Below, piece by piece: positions 47,646-48,911 of a stretch of DNA of 48,911 nt (position 1 is the first letter of the stretch; each line of letters begins with the position of its first letter). Source of the DNA: Cyanophora paradoxa CCMP329 (Eukaryota > Plantae > Glaucophyta). The notes beneath the pieces were generated by a model, which had not been told where the DNA came from, did no database searches, and was given only the letters and a program-made list of their open reading frames with translations. The DNA lies in the NCBI GenBank assembly GCA_004431415.1, contig QPMI01000466.1, positions 1-48,911 on the forward strand. The letters are read 5' to 3'. The translations under genes and the position numbers were made by a program.

Positions 47646-48911
47646 GTGTGCGAATTATTACCTATCGAGTTTAAATATTCGGGCTACCCGATTAATTCGG
47701 AGAGCAGGGGCGAGAACCGAGAGAGTACGACCGGAGGCAGGTGCGCTATTACGGACGTGCGGTCGTGCAGGCGCTATCAGTGCCTGAGCTAGCAACTTTA
47801 GATCTAGCGAAGTTATATTCTATTGGAACGTCGTCTCTGACCACCTAGTAATCCAACGTCAGATGCCAACGCACCGGTACATGCCGCGAGCGACAGCGTT
47901 GACGACGATAACACGGGGAACATGGAGCCCAACCTCCGGGTACCGTGGGCCGGACTCCGCGACGGTGATGACCTGGACGCCTCCCACCGTCCTCGCGTAT
48001 ATCGCCAATTTGTCACGCTCCCTGATGGATCTCCAGAGTCCGTCCATTTTCCCTTACGTGAACTCTCAGCCAACGCTGCAGCAGGTTACAGTGCATGCAG
48101 GAGCTGCCATTGACAGGGCCGGAGCTGCTGCTGTATCCAATGAAGATGTTTCGGGTCGGCTGGTGGAGATTTGCAAAGGCGCCGGCATCGGCGTCCCCGG
48201 CCGGCTCGATTTGATTCTGTACTTGATCGACTGTAGGGTCCACACGATTTTTACACTCAATCATACCGAAGCATAGGACTACCGATAATGACGTTTTCAG
48301 TATGACGGCTGACTCTTGCAATGCAGGTGGCCGTACTCGCGGAGGAGGCCATTCGGCGGTAAGCTCCATACCCCCCTCCCCCCCCCCCCCCTCCCCCCCT
48401 CCTCATGTACCGTCGCCCCCCTCTCCCTTTAATTTGTCAACACGTCTCTACACTTCGCCATACTATAAAATCTTGATTCCGATGTCGTTACAGGAGCGCG
48501 GACGAGAACGTGGCAAACGTCATCCGTCAGCGATATGATGAGTCGGTCATGCAAGGGCGATGGCGACCGGGTGAGCACAATCTTGCGCACGTCAGCCGAG
48601 AGATGTGGAGGCAGCCCATCGCCCTCCGCCCCGCGCGATCCGCCCCCATGCACCGGCCCGCCGCAGCGCATCGTCCTTGCCGCCCCGTAGTGCCCCGTAC
48701 TCCGTCGCTCCCGGCCATGCCCCCCCCGCAAGCAACCCGGCGCTGGCTTCCAACTGGACCAGCCCCCCGTCTCCAGGCATTACCCAGAGTAGTGGAAGAC
48801 TGTGCAACATGAGCGAGTCACTGCAGTATGCAAGTAGCATGTGCATCTGTATTCGATAACGTGCCGCTGAATTAGTGCACGTCCGATGGTTGGTCCGTCG
48901 CGTTACTCAAC

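Noticed and set aside
47813-48911. Overlapping ORFs at the window end
   Set aside because: No strand or frame stands out and no domain was recognised.

Overview
This is eukaryotic, TE-rich, accessory-type DNA. Short GT..AG introns with GTGCGY/GTGAG donors and CTRAC..CAG acceptors suggest a green-algal or streptophyte-like genome; the taxon is inferred, not proven. Most entries in the ORF track are spurious or are single exons. From left to right: (1) 1-3103: a decayed Polinton/Maverick-type DD35E integrase, then an AT-rich structured tract (tRNA-like motif, nested repeats) ending in a perfect 29-bp-arm hairpin that abuts a truncated CCHC zinc-knuckle ORF. (2) ~5.6-21.7 kb: a cluster of six F-box genes. 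Four are F-box/LRR paralogs with a split F-box; the three minus-strand copies show patchwork identity, near-identical introns and hypervariable LRR loops. (3) ~22.4-36.0 kb: a large CACTA/EnSpm (CMC) element with an intron-containing transposase on the minus strand and a divergent second gene containing tandemly amplified exon+intron units; only the right CACTG terminus is visible. (4) 37474-42985: a complete non-autonomous CACTA-ended element with a 4-bp TSD, carrying a gene fragment, a structured 159-bp repeat and a GC-rich minisatellite. (5) 43.5-44.2 kb: a Pro-rich ORF with a histone H3-tail-like segment directly followed by a PIP-box-like motif. (6) 45.5-47.7 kb: a degenerate gene with SIM-like and SUMO-site motifs and a C2HC zinc finger. 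The best candidates for a novel system are the diversifying F-box-LRR cluster, the H3-mimic/PIP ORF and the hairpin-capped integrase element.
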